Shown here in pieces: positions 39,425 to 52,567 of a stretch of 64,000 nucleotides of DNA (positions within the stretch are counted from its first letter, which is position 1; each line of letters begins with the position of its first letter). The stretch comes from Nageia nagi. Taxonomy: Eukaryota > Plantae > Pinophyta. Both the position numbers and the translations under genes were made by a program. A model generated the notes under the pieces. The model had not been told where the DNA came from, made no database searches, and saw only the letters and a program-made list of their open reading frames with translations. Location of the stretch: positions 18,476,001 through 18,540,000 of the forward strand of contig JBITNC010000002.1 of assembly GCA_050084985.1 (NCBI GenBank). Reading direction: 5' to 3'.

Positions 39425-39580
39425 GACCTTAGATTTCAAATTTGTGACTCATTCATAGGCGCGGATCAATCTTCTCGGAGTTTTATACTGTATTATTGTG
39501 ATCTGGGTGTTTATAAATTAGTATATTATAGCTGTTGTGAGGGGTAATCTGTGCAGTAGGGAGGTGGAGATTTTGTTAAA

Positions 39581-39716
39581 ATGGGTCGTGCACCTTGCTG
39601 TGACAATGAAGATGGTCTTAAAAAGGGGCCATGGACTCCCGATGAAGACCAAAAGCTTATGGATTATATTCAACTCCACGGTCATGGAAGTTGGAGGACT
39701 CTCCCTAAACGTGCTG
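39581..39716 (+). CDS. MYB: R2R3-MYB exon 1
   Basis: ATG to ...AAA CGT GCT G, followed by gcaaca (a GC donor at the conserved intron-1 position). Confidence 0.88.
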
Positions 39717-41310
39717 GCAACAATTTCAAGACTTCCTCACATATTTGTCCTCCGATAATCTATTCCACAACTGCATGATTTCCTTCATGTTTTGTTTTCG
39801 TTTGTGAAAGGATTTCCAATTATATACAAATAGTTATTGCATTTCGATATGATATTATGTTTTTGTGTTGTTTGCAGGGCTGTTGAGGGGCGAGAAGAGT
39901 TGCAGGTTGCGATGGGCTAATTATTTCAGACCATTATTCAAACGAGGCAAATTTTCTTTCGAAGAAGAGCAGACCATTATTCAACTCCACGGCGTTATGG
40001 GTAACAAGTAAGGCTTATTATTTCAGTGCTCTAAATAGCATTTTAATTTACTGAAGGTAGAATAGGTTGAGATTGGTAATGGTGCTTGAATTTGGTTGAC
40101 TTTGGTTCTTATTCGTTCAGTATGTAAGATTTTGGATTTGAAGGATAAATGAACTGAGTTTAAAACATACTCTAAGCATTTATGATGGAATTTAGTGGGA
40201 GGAGAATCGTGTCCTTTTAATTTTGCTCAGCTTGGTTTGAGAGTTAATAACAGTGCTGAATGCAGGTGGTCGGCCATAGCATCGCATCTCCCTGGAAGAA
40301 CAGATAACGAGATAAAGAATCACTGGAATAACCATCTTAAGAAACGCCTTCTTCATATAGGTATCGACCCAGTTACTCACAGAGCTAGGATGGATATCTT
40401 CAATTTTGGGAATATGAATAAATTCCTGGGGCCAACTACTCTTAACCAAATGACATCTAGCTGGGAAAATAAGGTGCTGCAGGAAGAGTTGTTAAGAGAC
40501 CATTTTCTAAGAAGTGCTGCAGCAGGCATGATCTTTGGGAAGGAGGATCCATACAATCAGAAGTCAAGCACGGACTTTCTCATGAAGAAAATTGTAGATA
40601 ATTTCTACAAGAGGCAAGACTTTACTTCTAATTCTATGATTCCTCAGATTTCGGCCCAATATCCCCAGAATCATGTGGGATCCTTGGAGTACATTAGATT
40701 AATTTCCAGGGCTCTACAACAATTGCAATGTCAATCTCAGTTCATAAATGATATCCACCATTCAGCACCCATTTCTTCGCTTTCTCCCTCTATCTCCCTC
40801 ATCAACAATCAAAACCTCAACACAAACAGGGCCTATGATAATTTCTTTAATTCTTCGAGCTTAATGTCACAGCAGTATAATCCACGTTCGAAAGTGGACG
40901 ACATCAACTCCTCAATGGCTTTGGATACTTCCATGATGTGGGCTGAAGACAAACTATTTGGATTCTGTAAGAGTGATTTACAGGCTTTACGGGCGCTTGC
41001 GTCGTGTACATCCTCTCCAAGTATGACAGGAAGATCTCAGATGGTTACGAATGATTCTTCGTCAATGCTAAATATCAGCGGTACTGCAGATCCAGGTGCT
41101 TCTAGTGATAGATTTTATGCATTCCCATCTCAATTTTCTTTGGATTCTCCTCAAGCTTGCCAGCAACTCGAGAAAGTCCCAGATACACAAAATTGCGAAG
41201 ATAGCATAGATTATTGGAGTGATATGCTCCAATATCTTTCAGAAGACATTTTTAACCACAATTCTTCTACCCAAAGTGTGACATCTAGTGAAAACAATGC
41301 AGATCATTAA
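39581..41310 (+). CDS. MYB: R2R3-MYB transcription factor, join(39581..39716,39878..40007,40266..41310), 436 aa, subgroup 10/11/24-like (MYB41/74/102, MYB9/107, MYB53/92/93 relatives)
   Basis: [37 protein letters not shown] / [38 protein letters not shown] / [43 protein letters not shown]. Exons of 136+130+1045 bp give 1311 bp in frame. Intron positions and the 130-bp exon 2 are the standard plant R2R3-MYB pattern. Confidence 0.93.
39878..40007 (+). CDS. MYB: R2R3-MYB exon 2
   Basis: Acceptor ttgtttgcag, 130 bp long, donor gtaagg. Confidence 0.93.
40266..41310 (+). CDS. MYB: R2R3-MYB exon 3
   Basis: Acceptor gaatgcag, then an open frame from WSAIA to the TAA at 41308-41310 with an acidic tail ([19 protein letters not shown]). 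Confidence 0.93.
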
Positions 41311-41949
41311 ATAATTCTTGTGGTTGAAGATGTGCACAGCAATCAATATCAGTGAGTCCACAGACATGGAAGCTGAAAGCAGATTCATAGGAGAGATTTT
41401 AATGTAGGTTATGTCTGTTATATCATTTGTAATCAGAATTTACAAAGCATGGTTGTAAGAGCTGCCTAATTTTTTTTATTTGTTTAAACACAACAACTGA
41501 GATTTTCTTTAGAGCTTGTATTGGTGGAATGGAGTTGCCCAGCCACATCGTGTGATTCTTCCTCTATTTGAATTTGCAGGATTGGTCCCGACTACAGCAA
41601 TTTAAAGCGACAAACCCTTCGTTAGGGTCAGTAAGCATTTCATATATATATAATTTGTGAAAAACTACTTGTTGCACATAATTTCTTAAGGTTAAGTTGT
41701 TACTATTAAGGGGTATCTATTTAGTCAAATTTATTTAGGTTAGCATATGGTTTTATTCATATTTATCATCATCTTAAAGATAATGTTCACTTATTAAAAA
41801 GGATGAGATTTGAACTTGAGTCACCTACATTTTAGTAGAGAGTTTTAGCTACCCTTTACCCATGATAATAGTATTAAAAATAGTTACTCTAGTTTAATTT
41901 TTTTTTGACAAGAAATCTCTAAACACCTTAAATTTAGTACATGCAAGTG

Positions 41950-42500
41950 GTTTGTTGCTTAATATATTCATGTATGAAAATGATATTGTACTTCAATATG
42001 TTTAGTGCATTTATGGAATTTTGGATTGCAAAAAAGCTTCAAAATACTTGATTATCATAGCATAAAAATGTTGAAGTTTGTGGTATTGCCATGCTTATTA
42101 ACATTCATTTCAATCATATTGCCTCATAGATGACTCCTCTTGCAATACAATATTAAGATTTTATGGAAGATTGAGTAACTATTTATTGCCTTTTGTTTTC
42201 CCATGATATAACTTCATATCCAAGAATGAATATATAAATATGCGTGGATCTTCTATCATAAATATATCCTATATAATCTGTATTTGTGTAGCAAGTTAAG
42301 AGGAACTTATCACTCTTCTTAAGTTCTAAACCATTTTCAAGAGTAACACAAATATAACTTAATATATACTTTGTTACCTTCCAATGATATTCTTTTTGCT
42401 CTTGCATGAATTGAGAAAAGTAAATTATTACAAAGTTGACATTTGGTCTATTTTAAGTTAGGTAAATGACACTCCAAATAAATTGTTAATATAGAGTAGG
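41950..42500 (-). mobile_element. Copia RT/RNase H fragment
   Basis: ORF 42183-42407 reads MQEQKEYHWKVTKYILSYI...YTNTDYIGYIYDRRST...VISWENKRQ, the copia RT-RNase H boundary motifs. Confidence 0.85.
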
Positions 42501-42680
42501 GGATCGTCGAGGTAGGGGCTTTATGTATAGTACATACTCTGCAAAGGATGAGCCATATCCAATAATATTTATCTATTTATATAACATATTTGGTCCATTG
42601 ATTGAGCATTTAATTATCAACTTTTATAAATTCATCATTTTAACTTCATTTTAAATATATCATTAATAGGGGAGAGGATC

Positions 42681-42840
42681 TAGTACCTCCAGAGAAATGA
42701 TCCATTCTTAAGAATATTTAGGTCTAAAGAAATGAACCATGCTTGAGAATGTGTATCTCTAGAGAAATGACCCATACTTGAGAACATGCAACTATAGAGA
42801 AATAATTGGTTCCTAAGAATGTGTAGCTCCAGAGAAATGA
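42681..42840. repeat. Minisatellite, 4.5 x 35 bp
   Basis: The agagaaatga anchor occurs at 42691, 42726, 42761, 42796 and 42831. Confidence 0.85.
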
Positions 42841-45127
42841 TGCGAGTAATAGATTACTAGATACCATTAATAACTATTAGTACCTAGATCCATGGAGCTG
42901 TAAGCAAAAAAATTCAGGAATAGAAGTTGGTCAACTTGAAGCTAGACAAGCTAGTATCAACTGCATTAGAAATAAGAGCCAATTTTATAGGTGCTTGAAA
43001 AGGAGTAGATCTCTAAAGAGATAAAATCCACTATAATAGAATTCTAGAGAAGATATAAATAGAATATTAATAAAATTTAAGCACAAAGTTTAGAAAAGTT
43101 TTATATGTTATAAATCTAACTAGCTATAGATTAGCTATATAGAGGTATGATTAGTCAAGTTGTTATTTGATTTACCAAGTTTGGAATAAACATGTAACCA
43201 TATAGGACTATGGTTAATAGTTTGTTAAGATCTTATAAAGTCATTTTTAACAAATTTTTGATTACATGTTAATAAATTCTCTTCTTATGTAGGAAAAGAG
43301 GGTTTTAGATAGTAGGGGATAAAATAGGAAATATATGACAACAAATGCAAAGTTCTCTTGAAAGATATTGTAATTTGTACTTGCTTCTTGGAGAGATAAT
43401 ATATGAATAAAATTTGATAATTTTATTTAACTTTTGGGTTCCCATTAGTGTTAATATTGGAAGAAGAAGGGCCCCTTCAATTGGAAGAAGCTACCTTACT
43501 ATTTACTACTTTCTTAGATTAGTATCTCGAGTATGATTTCCTTCAACAGTAGTGTGTAATTTTTTGAGAGTGGTTGATGGGTCATATTTTAATTCTTTAT
43601 TTATTTAATCCTTGCAAGTGTGTTTTTTATTTCAATTATCCAAGTATCCAAGGGTGCTAGATCATAATAAAATAAGTTGAAGTTTCAATGCATATAATCA
43701 TCGAACACTAGCTTGGATTGATAAATTAAATGGTGGTTAGTGACACCCATCAGATACTACAAGCACAAAAATGAAGGTATGTTAGATTATTTTATTTTGC
43801 ATTAAATTTTTGAAAAATAATAAAAGATTCAAAATTGTTTTATATGTACATAATACATCCTAGGGTATTAGACATTATAACCATAAAGGACCTCTCATAC
43901 TAGCATGCCAACACTAAAACCTACATTAGTACCTATGTAGGGAACCTTTTTTCCATTTCCCATAAAACTTGGGGTTATGAAATGAGAAAATAAATCCATG
44001 ATAAAAATAATGAAATAAATGAAAAATTAAATAAAAAATGCAAGTTGATGAAGCCTTAGGTTTATACCCTAAACCTACAACCCTAGATGAAGCCTACAAA
44101 TGATTATTACATAATTCAATCTTAAAAATAAAATAAAACTTGAAATAAATGATACAATTATATATAAGTTCATACCACATGAGTAGCAACGTTGTTATGA
44201 CTAAGCAAGTAGGCCTTGCAGTTTTATTGCTTCATCAATCTCATTGACTAAATTGGGGCAACAAAAATCGATAGTTTGGGGCAATGCAGGTTAAAAAAAT
44301 ACCACATACATACAATGAAACCTCTAACAATTGGAAATCCTTTGGAAACCTTATGACTAAAGAACATGATGAAAATGATAAATATGATAAAATAAACCTA
44401 ATTCCATAATTTTAAAATAAAAATTGAGATATGATATATTTTTAACATTTGCCCATGTAAAATAGATTAAATTTTTAAAAAATGGTCATCTCCATTGAAA
44501 TATAGGTAAATTCTTTAAATTTTTGGGTCTGGTTAATAACTCTTCTCAACATAGGCACTACTAGTAGTGTCCATGCTAGCATAATTATCAACGTTGATAT
44601 TTTCAATACAAATTGGATAAGATGAGTAGTTCAAAAAAAATTCAATATCAGATGACTTGGATATCAATAACAATAATATTAAGAAAGTAGTTTTAGATAA
44701 TGGTAATCAAAAATAGAAATTTTAGTGATATTTGAATTATAACACTCATGTCAGCACTACTAATGGCATTAGTGCTATGGAAAATTTAGCAATTTGAGTT
44801 CAAAAGTCAAGACTTGGGAGCATGTCCTTAGGTATTTGAACAAGAAAAATTTCTTTCTCTTAATATTTTATGGTTATGATGTCATGTTTGAGCATATTTC
44901 TATGATTATATTTTGATGTTATATTCATATATACCCTTGATGGATTGGGTAAATGAATCAATCATTTATTTGAATAAATATTTTGTAGATCAAGGTTATC
45001 AATCTTCACTTTATGATATCATTTCATCTATAATTTTAAATCTTATATTGACATTAAAACTAGGGCTATTTGTATATATATCCTTGTTGGATGGACTTTA
45101 AAAAATTATCACTTCCTTTACTACTTA

Positions 45128-45603
45128 TGAAGGAACTAACACTAACAATATAATTCCTAAACTGCCAAGATCACATGAAAGCTCATAATTAGATCCAACA
45201 AATACATAAAGCAATCTCACAACACAAGATGTAAAGTGGTTCCTCCAATTAGGAGTACATCCACTAACTAGATCTTTACTTCTCTCACAAATACAACTCT
45301 CTTACAATTCTCCTAATCTTAACTCCTACACTTCTATCCTATAGCATATACTTACTCCACAATTGGTATATCATTACAAAGAGGGAGCCTTCTATTTATA
45401 GGCCAAAATCCCTCTTTAGATGACCTAAGCATAACATGCACATCTTTGACCCAAGGGGCATGCATGACTTGGAGTGTAGGACAAGTTACATTATTATATT
45501 CACTAAAATATGTAAGGTATCAAATAATATCCTTAAGTATTAGTGAATTTACATAGAAGATTTAATACATAATATTTACAATAATGAATTATACATTCCA
45601 ACA
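45128..45603 (-). repeat. 3' LTR of the minus-strand non-autonomous element
   Basis: tgaaggaact...attccaaca, adjacent to the PPT, with TATA cctataaatag on the minus strand. Confidence 0.95.
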
Positions 45604-46343
45604 CTCCCCCTTAATGGAATATTGGGATAGAGCGAGTAAGAGAGAAAAAGAAGAGAAAGTAAGAGAGTTCTCCTCCAACCAGATACAACGGAGATGAGAA
45701 CTTTCTACATATTTATGAAGTAAGAAAGATCTAGTTTGAGACTCACTACTTTACCAAATATAATCATTAACCATAACTTATTTCAATATACATGAATTAA
45801 TCATCCAACTAAAAGTCATGAAGAGTCTCCAAGAGCCAGCAAACTTGGGGTAAGCAACTTGCAATCTCAAAGGAACCTACAAGTCATAAGTAGCTCAAAT
45901 AACAAGATCAAGTAGATGCATCATATTCATATAAACAAGGATAGATGAATCACACTATCCATACACTAATCATAATAAATCATATAAAGATGTTAAGAAT
46001 TCATAAAGGCACAACAATAAGGATGACATAAATCATGAACTATGATATCTTAAAATATCATATTTGCATATATTAAGACATGTGCACTATCAACCAATTG
46101 ATATGCAGCTATTTCTTATTGTTGTATTTATTTTATATGAGGGATGTCATCAAAACAATATAACCAACTGGACATTTTCTCCCCCTTGATGACAACTTCA
46201 TCAAAAAAATACATGTGGGACAATGTGACAAAAATCATGCCATGAAGAAATGCCAATGAGACCATTATGGATGGCAATATATAAAGGAAAAATAAATAGA
46301 AAAAGGCATAAAATGCCATCTTAAGTACCACAAGGTGCCATAC

Positions 46344-46550
46344 ACTTGACTTTACCAAGAGCGAGTCAAGATGCCATAACAAAGAAACTTGATTTTACCA
46401 AGAGTGAGTCAAGATGCCACAACAAATAAACTTAACTTTACCAAGAGTGAGTTAAGATACCATAATAAATAAATTTGAATTTACCAAGAGTGAGTTAAGA
46501 TACCATAATAAATAAATTTGACTTTACCAAGAGTGAGTTAAGATATGATA
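46344..46550. repeat. Tandem repeat, 5 x 43 bp, with hairpin-forming units
   Basis: acttgactttaccaagagtgagtcaagatgccataacaaataa at 46344, 46387, 46430, 46473 and 46516. Confidence 0.92.
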
Positions 46551-46736
46551 ATTAGAAGTCCATCTTAACCATGCTACTAGTTAAGAGAAAAATGATGAAA
46601 TTGGTAGCATGAATCAATCAAAATGAGTCCAATTTCATCAACAATATGTAAATAATCTATTATCATGGATCAAACTCCCATCATCATGAAAGTATCTTCC
46701 ATCATCATGGAAGTAGAAAAGAGTGTGGCCACAAGT

Positions 46737-46924
46737 GCACTATAAGCCATCACAAAGATGCTAAGCCAATGCTTATAGTCACCAAAAGATACTTGGATTT
46801 ATGTTGCACTATAAGTTATCATAGAGGATGCCAAGCCAATACTTATAGTCAACAAAAAATACATGGATTTTATGGTACATTATAAGTCATCATAGAGGAT
46901 GCCAAGCTAATACTTATAGTCACC
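46737..46924. repeat. Tandem repeat, ~3 x 70 bp
   Basis: gcactataagtcatcatagaggatgccaagccaatacttatagtcacc... at 46737, 46806 and 46877. Confidence 0.9.
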
Positions 46925-46964
46925 TGCTGTATATAAAACATGTATTGATTATTAGTACAAAGAT

Positions 46965-47300
46965 AACATGCACATATGAGTTCCTCACATATGGATAACT
47001 GAATAGTGCCAAACAACACATAAGAGTCTCTCTCATATGGATAACTGAATAGTGCTAGAATAAAGCATGCACATACGAATTCCTCACATATGGATTACTA
47101 AACAGTACCAAAAGATACATAAGAGTTCCTCACATATGGATAACTAAACAGTGCAAGATAAGCCAAAAAATAGAGTATGCACATATGAGTTCTTCACATA
47201 TGGCTAATTTAATAATGCCAAAAGACACGTAAGAGTTCCTCACATATGGATAACTAAAGAGTGCAAGATAGGCCAAGTTATACAACAAGTTCCTCATGTA
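46965..47300. repeat. Higher-order tandem repeat, 7 cores with alternating spacing
   Basis: The core gagttcctcacatatggataactgaatagtgc occurs at 46978, 47024, 47077, 47123, 47187, 47233 and 47287 (spacings 46/53/46/64/46/54). Confidence 0.88.
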
Positions 47301-50300
47301 GAGCGAACCTACCATGAAGGGGTACAACAAAATCAACACGATACAACACACAATCAATGAAAGATGTATGTAACAATGCCACCAACAAAAGAGACTTGGA
47401 TTTAGTAATGTAACATAATCCATCAAAAATAGATCCATATTCCTAACATGGAAGTAAAAATAAAATGTAGATGAATAGAGCTGTAGTTGTTTCATCAAGA
47501 ACTTGCTTGGATTTGGAAAAGTCTACATATATATTACAATATTCAATAAAGAATTCAATAATAATTTAACCAATACTACCCTTCGAGGGACATGTCACCA
47601 ACCCTACTTCAAAATGGGGTTTGGTGAATAAAGGATGCATGGTTTTGGTGTAGGAATGTCCATTCCATATCAGAGTGGTTGATTTATAAGATTGTGGATC
47701 ACCTTCAATAGGACCCACAGAAGGTTGAGATGCTATGTCTTGTGGAATGTGAATACCAAAGTGTCAAAGGATATCCTTATATTGGAAGGCCCTTTGCTTC
47801 CAATTTTATTTTAATTATCACATTCTATAATGACTATAGCTTTCATTGCACCTAAGTTATGTCTCAAGCTCTTTGGTTTATAATTACCACATATTTTTCT
47901 TAGCTAGTAGTTTATTATGCTTAGCCAAGAGTTCATGGCAATGCTATATACATATAGCTTTCTCTTGTTGTAGTATATCATAACATTGGCCCATTATCTT
48001 CATCTTGACCTTTGTTACAGCCAGTTCCTGGTGAAGGTAGGCATTCTCTAAGTCTACCCATATGTTTGTTTCTATATCAAAACTCAGGGAAGAACTTCCC
48101 ATGTATGCAGTAAAATTCTCTATGGAAGTCATGATGATCAACCTATCATTCATGAGTAAAATATCCAATTTAATAGTCAAGAGGAGAGAGAAAAATAGCA
48201 TAATGATGACTTAATCATTATGTAACTTAGTGGTACTATCATTATTGCTATCCTAACATGACATGATGTGTATGACTTCACTCAATTAAATGAGTGGCAG
48301 GTAAGATATTTTATCATCGTAAATCCTTTTCTCTAGTTGTCATAATTATTATAGTTTGAATATATCAACTCATATATGTATTATAAATAGTTGTAAATGA
48401 CCCTCTCTTATCATTTGATGCTTTGCATTTATGATTTGAGCTATTATCTATCATGGATGTGTCTCAGTTTCATATCCTATCGAGCGATCTTCATGACAAC
48501 ATAGTGCATCATAGTGTTCATGCAACTTTAAAAAATTATGCTTTGATCGTGTCTAAGGTTTTAGTGCAATAATGATTAGTATTTTTGCAATTGTACCTAG
48601 ATGATCATTATGGAATTTGCATTATAGGATTTGCATGATTTTGCATCTCAATCAAGAGGATCATGTTCATTGATTATTTCACTTGCTTAGTAGGTCTGAT
48701 TGGACATGGTGTATAATGGTTTATACTCTGTTCAATCACTATCTATTGTAATTTGTATGCTACATTAGACTACCTTCCCTACATCCATAAGAGTATTTTG
48801 AACCACTCACTGTTGCATGGGTAGTTTGTCATCATGGGCTTCAATGGTCATTCACGTACTCTTTTTGCATTGCTTGGCAAGGTAGACATTGTATTTTATG
48901 CCATCAATTTTCATTTACTTATCACTTTTCATCTCTTTTACATCAATATCTTTTGGGATTGGACACATCTGATTTTAGCATGTCTAAAGATGATGCTAAT
49001 TCTTTGGATTCTAGTGACCATGTACTAGACTAGTATTAATCAAGCCATAAGCATCGCCCACTTGGGCTTGTCAGTGGAAATCTTTTCTACCATTGTAATA
49101 AAGTAAAGGGCAAGGTTACATTAGTTATTATGCTTGTATGATTGATATATTTTAATATTTCCATTTATGATCGATCAATGATCTAGTTAGTTTTGAATTT
49201 TATAAATTCATTATATTCTAGTTGATCATCATCATTTTCACTTGTGTATGAAACCTTCAAAGGGAGCTAATTCACTTTGTTAGTCATTATGGATATGACC
49301 ATTTTCCAAGGTCTACATGTGAATCTTCTCCAAGATGTTCTTTATCAATGTATTCAAGGTCGAGTCTTACAACATGTTTACACTGCACTGTAGATTACAG
49401 TGTGACAAAACCTAGTTTACATACAAGGTGATTGAAGTCTTTGTTGATGGGCCATCTACTTTATCCATCACTTGGAGGATGCCGAGTAGTTACACCTCAT
49501 ACTCACACTTATCTATCATCCAAACTAGACATGGAATATCATTCTTTATTATTCATGGATACCTTTTATCTTCCATTTTTTGCACTATGCATGACCTTTA
49601 AGGTTGCATCCTCATGAGGACTGTCACCCTTATACTGTTGTGCTTATAGTATGACGATAAGATCTTCATTGGGAGTCCATTTATGTTGCATGACTAATGC
49701 AAGAAGGGGATCAATGGGTGTACTACCTATTTTTCAACATTAGGTATCATTTTTTCCTGATTACTCATGCTACATTATTTAATATGCCTAGTTTTCCTAT
49801 CACAAATCTTAAGAATTCTAACTCTAACTTTTCTGATCATACTTCTACTTAGTTTGACTATCCACTTGGGCATGTGAGTGGAACTTTTTAAAAATATTAT
49901 TTTTGTTTCTATCTTGTATTAATCATTTATTGGATAAAGTTTCAAGTTCTCAAGATAAGTTGCAAATACAATAATTTTAATTTAAGGACATCATAAACAA
50001 TGATGCATATAAAATAGAATAATGCTAGTAAATAAGGATGAGCAAACCCTTATGCTTGTAGAACAAATCACCATAGCACAAATAAAAAAACACCATTGAA
50101 TATAGAGTGACATGGTTGAGGCTTGTTGTCTTTTCTAAAATTAGGCCTTCACCTAGATGCCCACACAAGAGGAGCCCAGGTCCTAACAATCCTTAACTAG
50201 TTCCCTTTGGGCAGTAATATACTCTCATAAGGAGGTGTACCAGCTATTTTTCAAGGTTATAATATTTATTGGATCGACCAAATTATTAATCTTGATTAGT

Positions 50301-52377
50301 TTTCAAGTTATTTTCTTAGGTTATCAGGATAATCCCTAAATGGATGTGTGGATATGTGGTATCACTACACACATACTTGTCCATCTATTGGAGTTAAATC
50401 CAGACCAACAGAAGACTTAGGGGTAATTAAGTAGTACAAACTTTTCAATACTTGGATCATCAGACTTAAAGGCTCCAGTCCACCTATCCTCACTTCATGG
50501 CTTCCCAAACAAGTCATATTGCAAAATCTACGTGTGAATGTATTCATTTTAGGGGGTATTTTATTTCAATATTTGCATAAGTATAAAAAATAAGTATAAA
50601 CATCATCCATTCAATAACTCAAAAACTTAAGTGTCCAATGGGTTTTGTTTACTAACACCTAAAGGATATCTTTACATCACTCTTTATTTTGCATAAGTTC
50701 ATTAACTTTGCACAAGAGCATACATCAATCCCATAAGTATAAGTATGCATCATTAACTTAAAGAAGTATGCATTAATCTAAAAATTAAGCATGTATTATC
50801 TTTTCATAAGAACTAGAATTTAAGAGGCATAATCATGCATGTTTTAAGTCATAAGCATGCATCTTCAAAAATTTTAAGTCATAAGCATGCATTGTTGACT
50901 TAAAAATATTTAACTTAAATTTTAAGTCCTTAATTTTTTAGCATCAAAAAATAAACTTTTAAGTAAAGCATGCATTGTTGACTTAAAAGTATTATTGCTT
51001 AAAAATATTATTGGTTTAAAAATTAAACATAATAAGTAAAATACTCATAGTTGCCCCCTTTTTTACTTAGCAAATAAGATCTATAAAAAAAAAGGAGAAA
51101 AAAATGATAGCATAGCATGAACCATAGGGATGCATTCATTATAGGGTGCATTCATCTTAATATTTTTAAGTAAAAATATCAAAAAATTCCTCCCCCTATT
51201 GTTTACTTAAAAAAATTTTGGAACAATATGATCCCTTTAAGAGATACATAGGTAAAAAAATGCTAATGGGTAGACATAATATGTAATAAAAAAATGCAAA
51301 AAGTGAAGTCAAATATGTATCATATCTGCCCTCTTTGACTTAAAAACATAAGATTCCTTAAAAAATATTAGGATGGAAAATGAAAGTAGCATTAAAAAAA
51401 ATGTACAAGGTAGGTAAGCATGAAAAAAATTACAGCCAATGGAGGTTGGGTGAAGAAAACGATGAAGAAGTCAAAGAAGCCTGGTGATAAGTGACAAAAA
51501 AGCATAGCGTGTTCACTAGGAGACACTCAATGCAAGGGAGCTTAACCCTTTGGTGTCTATTGGCTCTCACCCACTTTCTAGAAATCGCCATGCCTACTAA
51601 AAATTAGGTTTAAATAGTTACTCGATTATACTAGAATAAAATCATTCCTTAGTCTCTAAGCAATATTTGTATCTATGATCTAATGTTCAGATCTGAAGTG
51701 TGTTTAAGATAAAATAACTTTTCTTGAGTGTTTGACAGGTACAAGTAATTATGTCTGTGTCTAGAATGGGATAACAATTTTAGCTAGAGTTGGTAGAGGC
51801 ATGAAAAATGTTCTACACAAAGTGGTAATTGCTTAAATCCAATAGATTGGAATGGTCATTAGTAAGAAGATAAGGCATGATCAAGGTAAGCACCAGGAAG
51901 GAGTATAGCAAACTAAGTCGCTTGACTACGATGTATACAAGAGGGATAAAACATGGCTTAAACACTATGATGGGGGTTTACAATAAGTTCTAGAGAGCAT
52001 TTAGAGGCCATGCTATTACGATTGGAGAGGCAGAGAAGGGAGGCTAAACCTTGAAACCTCATGGTTAATGACATGCCTAGATGTTGATATGGAGGCACTA
52101 TTGTATGGGGAAGATAGGATTGAAATTTCATCGAGGCATGTTTGGTATCATATGTACTGTGCATTGACTCATTTATGTTGTACATTGAGAACTAAGCATG
52201 GCTAGCTGGAAGAGATTCGTAGCGATGAATATGACTAAGCGGAGAAGAGAAACAATGGATATGGAGATCAGGCTATGAGGGTTGAAAGAGGAGAGGTCAC
52301 CACCATCAAAAATAATATATTTTGTTTGATGTTTGTGTGTAAATAAAATAAAAAATTAGAGGCTACCCATACAAAGC

Positions 52378-52507
52378 ATATATATATATATATATGTATA
52401 TGTATATGTATATGTATATATATACATATACATATATATACATATATATATATATATATGTATATGTATATATATAATATATATATGTATATACATATAT
52501 ATATACC

Positions 52508-52562
<55 letters not shown>
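52378..52562. repeat. Compound microsatellite (TA)n/(TATATG)n/(CATATA)n followed by (AC)26
   Basis: Read directly. The (AC) run spans 52511-52562. Confidence 0.97.

Positions 52563-52567
<5 letters not shown>

Noticed and set aside
39581-39778. 65-aa ORF as an independent gene
   Set aside because: It is MYB exon 1 read through into intron 1.
40195-40265. N-terminal extension of the 371-aa ORF as a real start
   Set aside because: It starts at GTG inside intron 2. MYB homology begins only after the cag acceptor at 40265.
42500-43680. Possible solo LTR
   Set aside because: The composition is LTR-like, but I could not define termini or a TSD.
46344-47300. Palindromic repeats at regular spacing resembling a CRISPR array
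   Set aside because: The sequences between the cores are themselves repeated rather than unique spacers, there are no cas genes, and the context is a plant LTR element.
50110-51700. Possible nested gypsy leader or LTR inside the non-autonomous element (PBS-like tggcgattt on minus at ~51590)
   Set aside because: No LTR pair or TSD was found, so it is left as part of the patchwork interior.
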